This document shows, piece after piece, positions 59,550 through 64,000 of a stretch of DNA of 64,000 bases. Numbering within the stretch: the stretch's first letter is position 1; every line of letters starts with the position of its first letter. Source of the stretch: Occultella glacieicola (lineage in GTDB: Bacteria; Actinomycetota; Actinomycetes; Actinomycetales; Beutenbergiaceae); the NCBI RefSeq assembly GCF_004353825.1, contig NZ_SMNA01000005.1, positions 248,001 to 312,000 of the forward strand. Reading direction: 5' to 3'. Under the pieces are notes generated by a model, which saw only the letters and a program-made list of their open reading frames with translations, did not search any database and was not told the DNA's origin. Position numbers and translations under genes: made by a program.

Positions 59550-60046
59550 TGGGTGTAGATCCTCCGCATGATCTCCTCGGCGTCGGACAGCGTCTGACGT
59601 TCGGCGGGCGTCAGGGACGCCAGCCGTCGGGAGAGCCACTGGTCGCGGCGGCGCCGCGTGGCGATGATGTGCTGCTCGCCCCCCTCGGTGAGCGAGACGA
59701 TCACCTGCCGCTTGTCCTGCGGGTGGGGCGCCTTGGTCACCATGCCGAGTTCGACGAGGGTCTGGATCGTCCTGGTCATGGTCGGCGCGCTCACGTGCTC
59801 CCGCTCGGCGAGCGCGGTGGGGCTCTGCGGGCCCTGGTTGAACAGGCTGCCGAGCACTGCTCCCTGCGCCTCGCTGACGGCGTTGGACCGCTCCGCGCGC
59901 AGCCGCCGGGACGTGCGCAGCAGGGTGACCCGCAAGCGCGCTGCGAGGCCGCCGTCTCCGCGGTTCTGCTGGCGGCGACTCGGCACCACGGGGTCCTCGG
60001 GACCGACGGCGGAACTCGCCTGCGGGAGAGGGCTGGAGTCGGTCAC
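59546..60046 (-). CDS. MarR-family regulator
   Basis: SPTALAEREHVSAPTMTRTI...HPQDKRQVIVSLT. Confidence 0.9.
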   Translation of the reverse strand: MTDSSPLPQASSAVGPEDPVVPSRRQQNRGDGGLAARLRVTLLRTSRRLRAERSNAVSEAQGAVLGSLFNQGPQSPTALAEREHVSAPTMTRTIQTLVELGMVTKAPHPQDKRQVIVSLTEGGEQHIIATRRRRDQWLSRRLASLTPAERQTLSDAEEIMRRIYTQ

Positions 60047-60128
60047 GGTACCTCATCTTAGATGATTAGTTCGGCTAAGTAAATTCCAACACCGGAGGAT
60101 CGTGGGGCGCCCCGGCGATTTAGCGCAC

Positions 60129-60189
60129 GTTCAGGCGGCGTAAATCGGCCGTTCCCGAACTGTCAACGACTGGTCACGGGGCGTTCACC
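60129..60189 (+). promoter_or_regulatory. Probable PHO-box array (PhoP/RegX3-type 11-nt direct repeats)
   Basis: GTTCAGG (60129), GTAAATC (60140), GTTCCCG (60151), GTCAACG (60162), then GGTCACG (60172) and GTTCACC (60183), upstream of phoX. Confidence 0.6.
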
Positions 60190-60249
60190 CGGCCCGCCCC
60201 GGGGCGGCCTAGCGTCCCTAGCGTCCCCATCCTGTGAAGGAGCAGTCCC

Positions 60250-62298
60250 ATGCCGACCTCCCCTCGCAAGCTGTTGCCGCTGCTGCCCAACCACAGCAGC
60301 AACCGCTCGCCCATGACCTGCCTGTACCGCTGCGGAGACGCGTGCTTCCACGAGGTGCCGAACGCGTCCGCCGGTGCCTACCTCGGCGACATCATCGCCG
60401 CTGGGCTCTCCCGCCGGAGCCTGCTGAAGGTGGGCGCCGTCGTCGCGGTGGCCGGCGCGGGCGCCGCCGCGCTCGGGGCCCAGCCCGCGTCCGCGGCCCC
60501 GAACCGGGCCGCCCGGGGGCTCGCCTTCACCCCCGTCGCACCGAACTCCGAGCACGCCGTGACCGTGCCCGAGGGGTACACCTCCAAGGTCCTCGTCCGC
60601 TGGGGCGACCCGCTCTTCTCCGACGCGCCGGAGTTCGACCCCGAGAACCAGACGGCCGCCGGCCAGGCGCGCCAGTTCGGCTACAACAACGACCACCTCG
60701 ACCTCTTCGAGATCCGCCGCGACGAGCACGTCATGGTGATCAACCACGAGTACACGAACGAGGAGATCATGTTTCCCGGGTACGACCCGGCGGCACCGAC
60801 GCAGGAGCAGGTGGAGATCGCCTGGGCCGCGCACGGCCTCACCGTCGTGGGCGTCACGGGCGCCGCCCGGGGACGCCCCTCCGGCGAGCTGACCACCGTC
60901 GTGGACCACCGCCTGAACCGCCGCCTCACCGCGACCACGGAGTTCCGGCTCTCGGGTCCCGTGGTCGGCAGCGACTACGTCAAGACCGCCGCGGACCCCC
61001 GCGGCCGCGACGTGCTCGGCACCCTGAACAACTGCGCCGGCGGCATCACCCCGTGGAACACCTGGTTGACCGCCGAGGAGAACTTCAACCAGTACTTCGC
61101 CAACGCGGACGCGGTCACCGACCCGGTGGTTCGCGAGCGGCTGCGCCGCTACGGGTTGGGTGGCGGCGCCTCCCAGCGCAAGTGGGAGGCGTACGACTCC
61201 CGCTTCGACCTCGGCCAGGAGCCGAACGAGGTGAACCGGTTCGGCTGGATCGTCGAGGTCGACCCGTTCGACCCCGAGTCCACCCCGCGCAAGCGCACCG
61301 CGCTCGGCCGGTTCAAGCACGAGGCGGCCAACGTCCACCTGGGTCAGCACAACCACGTGGTCGCCTACATGGGCGACGACGAACGGTTCGACTACCTGTA
61401 CAAGTTCGTCTCCCGCGATCAGTTCCGCCGGAACGACCCGGAGCACAACGACACCCTGCTGGACAACGGCACGCTCTACGTGGCCAGGTTCACCGGCAAC
61501 TCCCCGGCCGAGGAGATCGACGGGTCCGGCACGCTGCCCAGCGACGGCGCGTTCGACGGCGCCGGCGAGTGGATCCCGCTGGTCACCAGCGACGAACGTG
61601 GCGCAACCTCGCACGTGGAGGGCATGACCGGCATCGAGGTGCTCGTGTTCACCCGGCAGGCCGGCGACGCCGTCCAGGCCACGAAGATGGACCGGCCCGA
61701 GGACGTCGAGACGAACCCGCTGACCGGGGTGCTGTACGTGGCACTGACCAACAACAGCAACCGCGGCACCGGAACGAACCCCGGCCCGGACGAGACGAAC
61801 CCCCGCTCGACGAACCGGCACGGCCACGTGATCGAACTCCTGGAGACCGGCAACGACCCGCTCGCCCTCGCCTTCGGCTGGCGGATCTTCCTGCTCTGCG
61901 GGGACCCGAACGACCCGAGCACCTACTTCGCCGGGTACGACAAGTCACAGGTCTCCCCGATCTCCTGCCCGGACAACGTCACGTTCGACCCGTACGGGAA
62001 TCTCTGGATCAGCACCGACGGCAACGCCCTCGGCACGAACGACGGCCTGTTCGGGGTCGCCGTCGACGGGGAGTACCGGGGTCAGGTCAAGCAGTTCCTG
62101 ACCGTGCCGACCTCCGCGGAGACCTGCGGTCCGAAGGTCACCGAGACCCGCGTGCTGGTGTGCGTGCAGCACCCGGGCGAGGCGTCCGGCGCCTCGTTCG
62201 AGAACCAGTTCTCGCACTGGCCCGACGGCGGCACGTCCGTCCCGCGGCCGTCGGTCGTCGTGGCGTGGCGTCCGGACGGCATCCGGATCGGCCGCTGA
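60250..62298 (+). CDS. phoX: PhoX-family alkaline phosphatase, Tat-exported
   Basis: LSRRSLLK twin-Arg, FGYNND, NHEY, GTLNNCAGG.TPW.T.LTAEENF, GRFKHE, MDRPED, CPDN, ETCGP, VQHPGE. Confidence 0.93.
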   Translation: MPTSPRKLLPLLPNHSSNRSPMTCLYRCGDACFHEVPNASAGAYLGDIIAAGLSRRSLLKVGAVVAVAGAGAAALGAQPASAAPNRAARGLAFTPVAPNSEHAVTVPEGYTSKVLVRWGDPLFSDAPEFDPENQTAAGQARQFGYNNDHLDLFEIRRDEHVMVINHEYTNEEIMFPGYDPAAPTQEQVEIAWAAHGLTVVGVTGAARGRPSGELTTVVDHRLNRRLTATTEFRLSGPVVGSDYVKTAADPRGRDVLGTLNNCAGGITPWNTWLTAEENFNQYFANADAVTDPVVRERLRRYGLGGGASQRKWEAYDSRFDLGQEPNEVNRFGWIVEVDPFDPESTPRKRTALGRFKHEAANVHLGQHNHVVAYMGDDERFDYLYKFVSRDQFRRNDPEHNDTLLDNGTLYVARFTGNSPAEEIDGSGTLPSDGAFDGAGEWIPLVTSDERGATSHVEGMTGIEVLVFTRQAGDAVQATKMDRPEDVETNPLTGVLYVALTNNSNRGTGTNPGPDETNPRSTNRHGHVIELLETGNDPLALAFGWRIFLLCGDPNDPSTYFAGYDKSQVSPISCPDNVTFDPYGNLWISTDGNALGTNDGLFGVAVDGEYRGQVKQFLTVPTSAETCGPKVTETRVLVCVQHPGEASGASFENQFSHWPDGGTSVPRPSVVVAWRPDGIRIGR

Positions 62299-62326
62299 CC
62301 GACCCGCACCGGCCCGCACTCGAACC

Positions 62327-62359
62327 GAGGGCCACCCGCCGAGCCGGCGGGTGGCCCTC
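62327..62359. terminator. Bidirectional hairpin terminator between the convergent phoX and NCS2 genes
   Basis: GAGGGCCACCCGCCG-agc-CGGCGGGTGGCCCTC, 15-bp perfect stem. Confidence 0.82.
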
Positions 62360-62376
62360 CTGGCGTCGTCCGCCCG

Positions 62377-63852
<1,476 letters not shown>

Positions 63853-64000
63853 GGGTCGCCATCTTGGCAGAGGCCGGCGGCCGGGCAACACCTTTCGGAC
63901 TCCCCGCCCGGGCGGATGCCGACCTGTCCTACGATCGGGGGGTGCTCCCCTCCCCCGACCGCCCGGCGCCGAAGGAACTCGCGCCCGCCCGGGTGAACGC

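Noticed and set aside
60064..60080. TTAG-N5-CTAA possible MarR operator
   Set aside because: Plausible position in an AT-rich promoter, but the 4-bp arms are too short to call with confidence.

Overview
High-GC actinobacterial chromosomal window (gene content and order suggest Micrococcales; this is inference). The left part (about 1-27 kb, downstream of the 3' end of tRNA-Ala(CGC)) is accessory-looking. It holds a SorC/aldolase/HAD sugar operon, an unusual three-gene operon (HNH-AAA ATPase fusion, stand-alone HNH nuclease, membrane-anchored patatin), lhgO, two VOC genes, an FMN-riboswitch rib operon, an arsenic-resistance cluster interrupted by sulP/merR, an orphan vanRS-vanY module and a RES toxin-antitoxin pair. 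The right part is mostly conserved core: sepX-rimJ-moeA, 5-formyl-THF cyclo-ligase, penicillin acylase, FmdB, SAF, mscL, a degenerate DUF4011-like helicase, an ABC transporter with a two-component system, tRNA-Arg(CCT), rocD, USP, c-di-AMP-riboswitch NlpC/P60, ideR, a degenerate citrate synthase, serC, a TPP-riboswitch ykoFEDC-type ECF transporter, MarR/MFS, phoX and an NCS2 permease. The best candidate for an undescribed system is the Septu-like operon at 2236-7206. Its ATPase carries a paralogous, apparently degenerate copy of the HNH nuclease, and the operon continues into a transmembrane patatin phospholipase. All calls come from reading motifs by eye; no database searches were run.
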